Of a DNA stretch of 64,000 bases, positions 12,284 through 22,810 are shown in pieces. The notes beneath the pieces are model-generated. The model was given only the letters and a program-made list of their open reading frames with translations, did no database searches and was not told the origin of the DNA. The DNA comes from Octopus sinensis. Taxonomy: Eukaryota. How positions within the stretch are numbered: the stretch's first letter is position 1; every line of letters begins with the position of its first letter. Where the stretch lies: positions 50,034,001 through 50,098,000 of the forward strand of contig NC_043001.1 in NCBI RefSeq assembly GCF_006345805.1. The letters are read 5' to 3'. Made by a program: the position numbers and the translations under genes.

Positions 12284-13637
12284 TTATTGCCAACAAGCAA
12301 CAATGGTCTCAAGTATATCTGAAATCAACTAAGCAAGTATAAGCAAAAGGTGGAATACAAACCACTGAAGCCTTCTGAATGTACATTAACCCTTTCGTTA
12401 CTGTATTTATTTTGAGATGCTCTGTGTTTCTTTTAATTACTTTAAATATAACAAAGAATTTAGTAAAATAACTTAGTTATCATTAAGCTAGTGTTAGGAA
12501 CATAAATTGTAACTAAAGTTTGGTGGAAGATTTTAATTCAAAACTTATGAAAACAAGACATTTGTACTACAGAGCCAGAGCCGGGTTGGTGTTGAAAGGG
12601 TTAAGCAAATTGTCAACTAACATTATGCTCTTTATTAAAGATGACTTAGTGAACAAGTAAAAAATAAATAAATAAAAATAAAGCTGATATTCCAACTGTT
12701 CCTATTCAACATATTGTAACAGCAGAAGAGAAACTGGGATAAAGTATAAAATGAGGGACATTTCAAAAAAGAACTGCAACTATTAGCATTTAGTGCTACC
12801 ACCAGCTATTAAGTTGACAAAATTAATTCTACAAATGTTACACAAATGTTATATGATATACAAGTAACACTTTCCACACAAACCTGGAAATGTCTTCATC
12901 ACCAGCATATACATAACTCTGACATACAAAACTAACTGTTCTCATTATTTACTTCCAGCCATGTGCATGTTTTTCACATTAGTTTCAAATTTACATGTGT
13001 CTGTGTATGTGTGTGTGTGTGTGTGCATGCCTTTTTTCTTTTTATTTTTACCTATTTCAACATTAAACTGAATATCATCTTAAAACTGCATAATCATCCC
13101 TCACCAACACCATTGTCACTTATTATTATCACCATAGACTACAAACAGCATCATCATTTCCTCATACCAGAAGGCCAAACACAATTTGTTGGCTGAAAAG
13201 TAGCAATTTTTATTCCTAAATAGGACAATAAAGAAACAGAAACATTCAGTCCCCTATGATTATAACAAATACCATCATCACCACCACCACCACCACCACC
13301 ACACTTAGTCAAACTATCAAGAAACTTTTTTTTATTCTTTTATTTCAAAAAGTTTTTTTTTTTTTTAACTACTAAAAAAACAAAATATCAACTAAAAATA
13401 ACTGACCCTATTTTAAAATCAAGGGTCCTTATGAAAACAGCAATATTTATATAAATCTTCCTCCAAGAACTGCTCAGCAGAGAAACATTAAAACAATTCT
13501 GTTAGTAGACACTAGCATAAATGGGGGAAAAGAAAAATCAATTTATTGATTAGCTGAACTACAAACCACTCAGTGTAGCCTGCTCTTCATCAATGAAGAT
13601 AGTCAGTTCCAAAATTATACTCTGCTTTATCTGAATA
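12284..13637 (-). other. Candidate chain of small spliced exons (13567-13637, 13168-13192, 12884-12918, 12284-12318), product unknown
   Basis: Canonical minus-strand sites: ttttctatag|..|gtttgt; ctacttttcag|25 nt|gtatga; tttgtatgtcag|35 nt|gtttgt; ttgatttcag|ATATACTTGAG..CAATAA. An AATAAA lies near 11890. No reading frame is open across all four exons and no homology was recognised. Confidence 0.3.
12390..12600. mobile_element. piggyBac-type MITE
   Basis: TTAA|CCCTTTCG ... TGAAAGGG|TTAA: TTAA duplication with CCCTTTC termini. Confidence 0.8.
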
Positions 13638-13982
13638 CTATAGAAAAGGTTAGACTGACCAAGAATTCATTCATAAAACAAAAATAATTTGAAGCTGGTT
13701 TATTGCATTCTTTTTTGTTTGTTTTTGTTTACTTGTGTTTTGTTTATTTTTAATTCAAACAATAAATAAAGACAATTTTTAATACTTTTCTAACCACAGG
13801 GGAAAGAGCAGCTTAAAAGATAATTGGTTAGAAGACTAGCTTTCCAAGGTTTAGAACATTCTATATTGATAAAATTATTTGGAATGAAAAGACATGGTAA
13901 GACACAGCAAAAAATAAAACAAGAGTAAAATAAATCAGTGAAGATATTTTCAAAATGTTTGTTTAAAATGTCAGATATACAA

Positions 13983-14013
<31 letters not shown>

Positions 14014-14111
14014 ACATTTTAGACAGTTTATACTTTGTGTATGTGTATACATAAACTAACAGGTGTGCATGTATGTCTACACACAATTATATATATATAT
14101 ATATATATATA

Positions 14112-14399
14112 TTACGGAGATGTACTTGCATAGCAAGTGACTTGATCTGAGATCGTGTGCTGGAAAGAAAACAATTGCAGCATGGAAGGTGTTTATAAGC
14201 CATTTAAGAAACACACAAAACCGTTAGATTCACTTCAACATTTAAATTTAATTTGTCAAAATATTTTTGTCGCTTTGAGACTGCGACATGTTCACTGACA
14301 AAACTTTGTGCTGTCGCGGTTTCAAAGCGATGAAAATATTTTGACAAATTAAATTGTGTGTTTCTTAAATGGCTTATAAACACCTTCCACGCTGCAATT
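14112..14399. mobile_element. Fold-back (palindromic) MITE; right end truncated at the adjoining RTE tail
   Basis: 14173-14218 pairs with 14354-14399 (45/46) and 14247-14288 pairs with 14312-14353 (38/42); 23-nt loop, 28-nt bulge. Starts next to a (TA)n run. Confidence 0.8.
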
Positions 14400-14403
14400 A
14401 TTA

Positions 14404-15082
14404 TATCATCATCATCATCATCGTTTAACGTCCGCTTTCCATGCTAGCATGGGTTGGACGGTTCAACTGGGGTCTGGCAAGCCCGAAGGCTGCACCAGGC
14501 CAGTCAGATCTGGCAGTGTTTCTACAGCTGGATGCCCTTCCTAACGCCAACCACTCCGAGAGTGTAGTGGGTGATTTTATGTGCCACCGACACAGGTGCC
14601 AGACGAGGCTGGCAGACGGCCACGCTCGGATGGTGTTTTTTATGTGCCACCGACACAGGTGCCAGACGAGGCTGGCTGACGGCCACGCTCGGATGGTGTT
14701 TTCTTATGTGTCACCGACACAGGTGCCAGACGAGGCTGGCGGACGGCCACGCTCGGATGGTGTTTGTTACGTGCCCTCAGCATGGAGGCCAGTCGTTGCG
14801 GTACTGGCTACGGTCACGTTCGGATGGTTTTCTTATGTGCCACCGGCACTGGTACCACAAGGATACAAATTCCATTGATGTTCATCTATTTTGATTTGGT
14901 TCGATTTGATTTGATTTGATTCGATTCTCACTTGCCTCAACAGGTCTTCACAAGTGTCACAAGAAGGAAGGTATGCACAGGTGGACTGACTACGTCCCAG
15001 GTAGGGGCCACGGATTATGGCTTCACTAGTCTTGCCGGGTCTTCTCACGCACAGCATACTTCCATAGGTCTCGGTCTCTAAT
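14404..15082 (-). mobile_element. Young 5'-truncated RTE-clade LINE: last codons plus long 3' UTR with internal 63-bp tandem repeat and (GAT)n tail
   Basis: Minus strand starts DRDLWKYAVREKTRQD* (RTE-like C-terminus). GTGCC-anchored units at 14581, 14644, 14708, 14771, 14837. Ends TTAAACGATGATGATGATG. CpGs retained. Confidence 0.75.
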
Positions 15083-15269
15083 ATATATATATTAGGTCTG
15101 ACTCAGTATGCAGAAAGGAAGTAGATAGAAATACCATACAGTATGCCCAGTGTACTCTATGGAAGTACAAGAGGTGTAGTGAGATGACAGTAAGGTGAAT
15201 AAAGATAGAACTGTATGTATCTGATACACAGCAGCAGTAAAAGCACACATCATAAAAACTTGCTCAAAT

Positions 15270-15757
15270 ACCTGGAAAGCTCTGTAAATGAAGTTGGTAA
15301 CTTCTGTTACCAAGAAGACCAAATTAGCTGTGGAGGTCAGTGTTCTCAGAGATTAGTAGTCAGAGTAAGAACAGGATGGAAAATGTTCAAGAAGCTATTA
15401 ACTTCACTGGTAACAAATGGTTTCTCCACCAGAGTACTCAGTAGGCTGTACAATGCTTCTGTAGAAAGTGTGATGCTGCATGTTGATGAAAACTGGGTCT
15501 TGGATTCAGTAAATTTGTGAAGACTAAACCGAAAGGAAGCAAGCATGCTCAATGGATTTTCTTTTCTTTTATTCTTTTACTTGTTTCAGTCATTTGACTG
15601 CAGCCATGCTGGAGCACCGCCTTTAGTCGAATTAAATCGACCCTAGGACTTATTCTTTGCAAGCCTAGTACTTATTCTATCAGTCTCTTTGGCTGAACCG
15701 CTAAGTTACGGGCATCGGTTGTCAAGCGATGTTGGAGGGACAAACACAGATACACAA

Positions 15758-15788
<31 letters not shown>

Positions 15789-16260
15789 CGACAGGCTTCT
15801 TTCAGTTTCCATCTACCAAATACACTCACAAGGCTTTTGTCAGCCCAAGGCTATAGCAGAAGATACTTGCTCAAGGTGCCACGCAGTGGGACTGAACCTG
15901 AAACCATGTGGTTGATAAGCAATCTACTTACCATACAGCCACTCCTGCGCCTATGTGTAATGTTAGTGAGCATAAAAAACAGCACAAAAGGAACAGAGAG
16001 GAAAATATGGATACAAGAGAGAATCAGATATTGTAAGAGAAAAGAGTGTGCTTGTATAGGTATGAGATGTATGGAGAATAACAATTGTATAAAGGAATAC
16101 TGAGTCCTTCGATTTGATAAAACCTGTGGAAAAGGGAAAAGGAACACTTAGGAAGACATGGGACAAAGTGGTAAAAAAACAGATTTCAAGATGTTAAGCT
16201 GCATTAAGATAACAAAGGACCATGCAATGCTGCAGAAGATTTGCCTAAGCATGAAGTATG
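15270..16260 (+). pseudogene. RTE-clade reverse transcriptase C-terminal remnant, split by a SINE
   Basis: EVGNFCYQEDQISCGGQCS..RVRTGWKMFKKLL..LYNASVESVMLH..ENW..RKEASML (15270-15555) resumes after the SINE at ~15955 (..CNVS..RKTWDKVVK). Confidence 0.7.
15557..15952 (-). mobile_element. tRNA-headed SINE, family A, near full length, nested in the RTE remnant
   Basis: Minus strand: GGCGCAGGAGTGGCTGTATGGTAAG (A box) .. GGTTCAGGTTCAGTCCC (B-box-like) .. CCTTGAGCAAG .. GACTGAAACAAGTAAAAGA tail. Confidence 0.85.
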
Positions 16261-16575
16261 GTGATCTATATTTAGAGATCCTAGTCCATAACATTCCTGT
16301 TAAGTCTCTCCTTTTTGACACCATCTCATCTCACATCCACTCTCTCTCTCTCCCCGTCTCTCCTGTTCATTGTATAATTTTGCTTCTCTAACAAAGAGTG
16401 GCACTGCATCTTCCTTCATTCACTCCTCACTTTGTTCGTGACACTCTCTCCCATTAAGACACCAGTCTAAGAGAAATTACATTGGCTCTGCATCCAGTAC
16501 ATGTTACCATCATTCTTACTTATCATTATACCATTCCCCACCACCACCACAATTTGAGTAAATTCTTATTTAATA

Positions 16576-17431
16576 TTAGCAGTATAGCCTGACATTGCCC
16601 AGGATTAAGTTAGGATTATTAAGCTAATCAAGTGCTTTATTTCAAACCAAACTAAGTAACATCGACATCAAATTTGAGCAAAATCCATTGAAATTGTTAA
16701 ACATTTGGCTGAAAATGGGTTGCAGACAATTTGATTGGAAAATCCCATAAGGAATTGGTTTATCGATTTTTTCCACTCATCCATTTTTTTTGTTTTTTGG
16801 AGAACTTAAAGTACTCAAAGATCCCATGAGTCCTAAGTAATTGCCAGCATCAAGTTTGAACAAAATATGTCAAAATTGGTAAAAATTATGGTTGAAAATG
16901 GGATATAGCCAATTTTAGTAGGGAAATCCTATAAAGAATTGGTTAATAGATTTTTCATCCTGATTGAATGGAAAACCCCATAAGGAATCAATTTATTGAT
17001 TTTTCACCCCAAATAGGATTTAACCGAACACAATGAATGAAAAGATCAATGGGGGTAAGGGGTGAAATTTCTGGGGCTTCCACCTCACCCGACCCCATTT
17101 TTCGGACCCCAAAAAGGGTTTTGTAGTATATTAAGGTCACAGGAATCCATTCAACAAAAAAAAAAAAATTTCAATGATTCTGGGATGGAGGAGAGGAACC
17201 CACCTAACCCTACACCCCTTTTTTCCGAACCAAAATAAGGGATTTGCAGCATATTAGGAGGTCAGGGTACTTGGTTTCACGCAAAAAATCCAAGTTTTTT
17301 TTCTTAGTGAAAATCGTGCGGGTATTAATCTAAAAATTTACCCTTTGTTTTTCTTTTACGCCACTGCCAGACAGGGGACTTAACTCATGTTAGCAAATTT
17401 ACACACACTTCCTGCCTTTTATTGATATAGA
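16576..17431 (-). mobile_element. Non-autonomous Helitron
   Basis: Minus strand A|TCTATATCAAT ... CCTGGGCAATGTCAGG hairpin ... GCTAA|T: 5'-TC, 3'-CTRR, inserted in AT with no TSD. Internal imperfect repeats at 16660-17010. Confidence 0.7.
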
Positions 17432-17714
17432 TTACTGCTCTACTAGACAGTTGGGGACAACATCTTATTGTAGTCTTGACTTCTTTTTACTCAGTACTGG
17501 TATCCATCACATATCCTTATCTCTTATGATAAAAGGCAGATTTTCTCTGCCTCCCAAATAGTTTGTTTCTCTTGCTCATTTTGTTACCACTCTCTTGACC
17601 TGGTTTTTCTGTCATCACTCTCTCTCAGCTTTACACTCTTCAAAAAAAAATGGAGCCGACATAGAGTCAGCTGAGGTCAGGAGTGGAGGCATGCACCATT
17701 GCAGCACTTGTTGC

Positions 17715-18060
17715 ATTCATCGAAGAAGGAAGGACCCCCTTTGGTCATGAATTACCATGGGATTGCACCAAGAAAGTTCCCCTCCCAGGTACAAGTCTAA
17801 GCAAGGTTGTTTATGGAAGACCAGCAGCCACCATACAAGCTTACCAACCTCCCCTCTCTATGCCACCAATGTTATCCAAGGGAAAGGCAAAGACCAATAC
17901 AGATTGGCACCATTGACGATGCAACTCATTTCTACAGGTGAATGAACTGGAGCAACAAGAAATAAAGTGTTTTGCTCAAGAACACAACACACAGCCTGGT
18001 CTGAGAATCAAACTCACTACCTCATGATTGTGATCAACACTCTTACCACTAAACTGCCAT
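17715..18060 (-). mobile_element. tRNA-headed SINE, family E, old copy
   Basis: Reverse-complement homology to 51810-52126 (CCCTTGGATAAC, GCTGGTCTTCCATAAACAAC). Confidence 0.7.
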
Positions 18061-18359
18061 TTGTCAGTATATTCCCTGGGTCCTCCCAGGTAACCCATCG
18101 AACAGTGTCCCAGTCAGTTTCCATCTCCACCAAGATATCTCATTTGCAATGACCATATGGTCAACCAACATGAGCTGTCAACCCAGCTGGATTCTCAGTG
18201 AAGAGAACACACAGTAAGTAGGGCCTAATAGAGTAATGAGAATTTTTTATGGTTTGCTAGTGCAGTGGTAAATGGGTGTTACTTTGGCATGTGATCTACA
18301 ACTCCAAGGGTGAGCACTTATGTTGCAAAACTCATGGCTGCCAAACTTGTGTGATCTTT

Positions 18360-18712
18360 TCCTTTTCTCATTTGTTTCAGTCATTTGACTGTGGCCATGC
18401 TGGAGCACCGCCTTTAGCTGAGCAAATCGAGCCCAGGACTTATTCTTTGTAAGCCTAGTACTTATTCTATTGGCCTCTTTTGCCGAACTGCTAAGTTACA
18501 GGAATGTAAACACACCAGCATCGGTTGTCAAGAAATGTTGGGGAGACAAATAAAGACACATACATATATTACAATGGGCTTCTTTCAGTTTCTGTCTACC
18601 AAATCCACTCACGAGGCTTTGGTCAGCCTGAGGCTATAGTAGAAGACACTTGCCCAAGGTGCTATGCAGTGGGACTGAACCCAGAACCATGTGGTCGGTA
18701 AGCAAGCTACTT
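18360..18712 (-). mobile_element. SINE family A
   Basis: Colinear with 15557-15952; more CpG decay. Confidence 0.85.
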
Positions 18713-19363
18713 TTATTCATTAAATTTGCCATGTAGGCAGCATATAGATAAGGTAGCTTTGAGGGCAAGACATAGACATTGATGAGGTGAATGATTATGA
18801 TCCAAAAATGATAAAGATGGGAGCAGACAGAAAGCGCCCGCCGACCCTCTGCTTCTCTAAAACATTGTTCTTTAAAAACGCATATACAGAGGTATTAACC
18901 CTCTTACAATCTAAAATACAATATATTTGGACTAAAAAGTCCATACAATTATAAAACACAATTTATACACAAATTGGTGGCAATAAACCTTTACAATCCT
19001 TCCCCGAGTAATTTTCTTGCAACTTGCAGGCATTCCTGCAACCGCAATCCGGGACTCCAAAAATGAATTCTATAATTCTTGTTTTTACATGAGTCAATTA
19101 TCAGATCACAGTATTTTCTTTCCAGCACCAGAGCAGCTACCTGTGAAGGCCACTCTGAGCTGTCAATACAAGTCAGGTCCCTCAGGACCCGACTATCCAT
19201 ATCATTCTCCACGAAACTGTTAATAGCCCCTCCCCTGAGATAGCAGAACAAAAGCAAGCTACTTACCAAACAGCCACGTCTGTGCCTACACTTATTTTAA
19301 TTATTATCTTGTTTATGCTTGGTTTCTCATTATTAATCACTAAGACATAAATGAAACATAGTT

Positions 19364-19722
19364 TTATTACTTCCGACTTAGCAAAGGCAGAGGTTTTGTT
19401 TTCAGTCATGTTTGTCCATGGATAAGATATCTCAAGAACCGCTGGATGGATTCTGATGATACTTTCAGAGATGTTTGGCCTCATGACTGGCACAAACTGA
19501 TTAGATTTTGGGATCGATCCAGTACCGGACAAGGATTCTGGATTATTTTTCCTGTTTTTCACTTAATTTTTGAGAGCGGTCAGGTTCATTTTTAATATTC
19601 TCATTTATAAGAGCATTCAAGTTTATTTCAGATATTCTCATTTTAAAAATCATTTCTGACTAATCATTGAGAGGACAATGGTGTTGCCCTGGTGGAGGTT
19701 TTGTGCAATCTGAGTGCTCCTG
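19364..19722 (+). mobile_element. Probable non-autonomous Helentron/DINE-like element
   Basis: TTATTACTTCCGACTTAGCAAAGGCAGAGG at the 5' end and GCCCTGGTGGAGGTTTTGTGCAATCTGAGTGCT at the 3' end fit the subterminal IR plus 3' stem-loop layout. Class assigned from memory. Confidence 0.45.
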
Positions 19723-20178
19723 TTGTTATTAAAATAGTAACAATTTTGAAAAAATACATTTACAATGCTAAGTATGTACAAAAGAATTTATTGTAAAAAA
19801 AATTTTAGCTAACAGTTAAGGTGTTTTAGAAAATTGAAAAGTAAACTAAAAATATAACCCATTAGGTTGTAGATCACATGCCAAAGTAGCACTTGTAAAT
19901 GCACCCAGTACACTCTGTAAAGTAATTGATTAACAGAGAGAATGTAGGGTTGAGAAGACTCTTTAATTTGTCTTAGGACATGAAGAGCTCTTAAATGTTG
20001 GTGTTGTGAGAAAAAACACTCAGTACACACTAAAGCATTTGGTATCAGGAAGAAAACCAAACACTTGAAAAAAAAATTCAAGATAATATGATATAGTCCC
20101 TAGCTGTCTAGAAGAGCAATACTATCAAATAAGAGCTTACTCAAGATTGTGACAAACCATCCAACCATGCCAACACGG

Positions 20179-20329
20179 GAGACAAAAGCTTGATCAAGTT
20201 AGCCTTTTTAGTTGACTGCACACACACACACACCAGCTGGTATACCCACATACATATCAGATTCTACCCTATTCTATAACAACAAAGGTGAAATGAGCAC
20301 TTTTATATTTTTATATTATATATATGTAG

Positions 20330-20428
<99 letters not shown>

Positions 20429-20570
20429 TTTGATTATTTTGTGGTATAAAAAATAAAAGTGCTCACTTCACCTTTGTTATAGAAAGTATAATCTGACAGG
20501 CATATGTGTACACTAGCTGATGTGTGCAGTCGATCAAAAAAAGGCTAGCTGGACCAAACCTTTGTCTGAC
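20179..20570. mobile_element. Fold-back element: ~130-bp inverted arms around a (TA)n core
   Basis: 20179-20315 is the reverse complement of 20445-20570 (TTCTATAACA..AAAGGTGAA.TGAGCACTTTTAT; TAGCCTTTTT..GACTGCACAC). The centre is ~110 bp of TA repeat. Confidence 0.75.
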
Positions 20571-20689
20571 ATTGTTATCCTATTTAACTTAGACACACAA
20601 GACAATGTGTAGTTATAAATAATACACACGTGTGTGTCATAACACTGAAATATTATCTGAGACAAAATTTAATAAGAAATGTTGAGTCA

Positions 20690-20692
20690 GTG

Positions 20693-20760
<68 letters not shown>

Positions 20761-20816
20761 ATATACATACACACACATGCAGCAACCAGTTTCAGAGAAA
20801 CATACATACGTGTGTG

Positions 20817-20858
<42 letters not shown>

Positions 20859-20890
20859 CACATTTGTACATAATGCATATATAGATACAT
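20690..20890. repeat. Compound (TA)n/(TG)n/(CA)n microsatellite
   Basis: Direct reading; source of the spurious IYIY/CVCV ORFs. Confidence 0.95.
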
Positions 20891-21341
20891 ATATACATAC
20901 ATATAAAGACAAACATAAAATAGATGTATGTATTGTATACATACAAATGCAAGTATGTGTGCATATAGGGAGCAGCCTTTCTTTGAAATGTATCAAAAAC
21001 ACACCACTTCTCCAATATCATATCAGATATTTTGTTTGTTTTAATTAAAGAGTCCCTTGCAGGCACTTATAACACCTCACAAAAGACTTGAGGACAAGTG
21101 GGAAAGAGGAAGGAAGGTATCTTCAAACAGTTTAGCTTGAATGCTTACAATAGAGTGTACTCTGCTAAATGCACCAAAGGTGCCAAGTAAGTGAGATGAA
21201 CTACGTAAAGGATTAATTTTAGCACTCAAGTAGGCCACAGCAACATTCAAAATCAGAACTCAAAAAGCAGGAAGAACTTATTACAAGACAACCTGTCCAA
21301 TGCCATTACAGTTCAGCCAATCTACTACCCTGGGTTGGTAT

Positions 21342-21550
21342 CATCATCATCATCATCGTCGTTTAACGTCCGTTCTCCATGCTAGCATGGGTTGGACGGT
21401 TCGACCGGGGTTCTGGGAAGCCAGAAGGCTGCACCAGGCTCCAGTCTAATTTGGCAATGTTTCTACAGCTGGATGCCCTTCCTAACGCCAACCACTCCGT
21501 GAGTGTAGTGGGTGCTTTTTACGTGCCACCTGCACAGCGTGCCACCTGTA
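21342..21550 (-). mobile_element. RTE LINE 3' UTR fragment
   Basis: (CAT)n CGTTTAACGTCCG..CCATGCTAGCATGGGTTGGACGG..GGATGCCCTTCCTAACGCCAACCACTCC, close to 14404-14575. Confidence 0.8.
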
Positions 21551-21874
21551 TGTTTTTAGTTATCAACCCAGAAAAGATGCAAAACAATGTTGACCTTGGT
21601 AGGACTTGAACCCAAAGCACTGTCAGCGCAAATACTGCAAAGCATTCTGCCAATTCACTAACTGAAACAATCAAGTTACTACTTAACTGTTTCTAACCAT
21701 TCTTGTGGATGAACTCATTGTTAGTGGTGCACGTTTTTGAGATTTTATTGCAGTCAAGAATCACATGAATGATTTAGATGTATCTTTCTCAACAACATGG
21801 TCATGAAGTAAACTTTCTTAACTTACACAAGCCATACCTGAAACCGTACTCAAGGTATTGGTGAACAAACTTTA

Positions 21875-22810
21875 CACACAGGCATGGCTGTGTAGTAAGA
21901 AGTTTGCTTCTCAACTGGGTTCTGTCCCACTGCATAGCATTTTGGGCAAGTGTCTTCTATTATAGCCTCAGGCCAACCAAAGCCTTGTGAGACGATTTGG
22001 TATACAGAAACTGAAAGAAGTCCGTCATATCGTTATATATATATATACAATTTTAATAATAATATAGGGTAAAATTAGTTAATAATTTTACCAAGCAGTC
22101 AGTAAGTTAAAAAACACTTTTTAGGTGAATTATATAATTATACACATAATTATAATCACAGGTCAGCTAAGTTCCTCGCCACGTACTGAATTAGAAATAG
22201 ACGCTAATGTCTATTCAACTACCATAAAAATCTCCAAGACAATAACACACTTATGCGTACCTACATAAAAAAAAAATTGTGTGTGTATGTGTATGTGTGT
22301 CTGTATATGTTTGTTCCCCACTACTGATTGACAACTGGTGTTGGTATGTATACAACCTTGTGACTTAGCAGTGCAGCATAACAGACCAACAGAATAAGTA
22401 CCAGGCTTTAAAAAATAAGCATTGAGGTTGATTTGTTCAACTAGAATGCTGCAAGATGGTGTTCCAGCATGGCCACAGTCAATGACTGAAACAAGTAAAA
22501 GATAAAAGATATCGCCTTGGGCAAATGTCTGCCACTATAGCTTCGGACTGACAAACCCTTGTGAGTGGAGTTGGTAGATAGAAACTTAAAGAAGCCTACT
22601 GTGTTTATAAGTATACATATATATAAATATATATATTTATTTATTTATTTATGTGTGTCTGTGTTTGTTCCCCAAGCATCACTTAGCAGTTCGGCAAAAG
22701 AGGCTGATTAGTACAAAGCTTACAGAGAATAAGTCCTGGGGTCAATTTCTTCAACTAAAAACCCTTTGAGGTGGTGCTCCAACATGGCTGCAGTCAAGTG
22801 ACTAAAACAA
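21875..22810 (+). mobile_element. Cluster of fragmented family A SINEs
   Basis: Head at 21875-22030; 3' parts at 22290-22510 and 22510-22810 ending GACTGAAACAAG/GACTAAAACAAG. Confidence 0.75.

Noticed and set aside
12284-13192. Selenoprotein interpretation of the junction-spanning TGA
   Set aside because: No RUGA..AA..GA SECIS with correct spacing was found by eye downstream, and the CLAF-U context matches no selenoprotein family I know.
14576-14860. Regular 63-bp repeats resembling a CRISPR array
   Set aside because: Units are contiguous tandem copies with no unique spacers, lie inside an RTE 3' UTR, and no cas genes are present in this eukaryotic DNA.
20630-21066. Overlapping 84-137-aa ORFs rich in IY/CV/TH
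   Set aside because: Translations of dinucleotide microsatellites; the same applies at 48338-48981, 53450-53749, 55916-56346 and 58253-58534.
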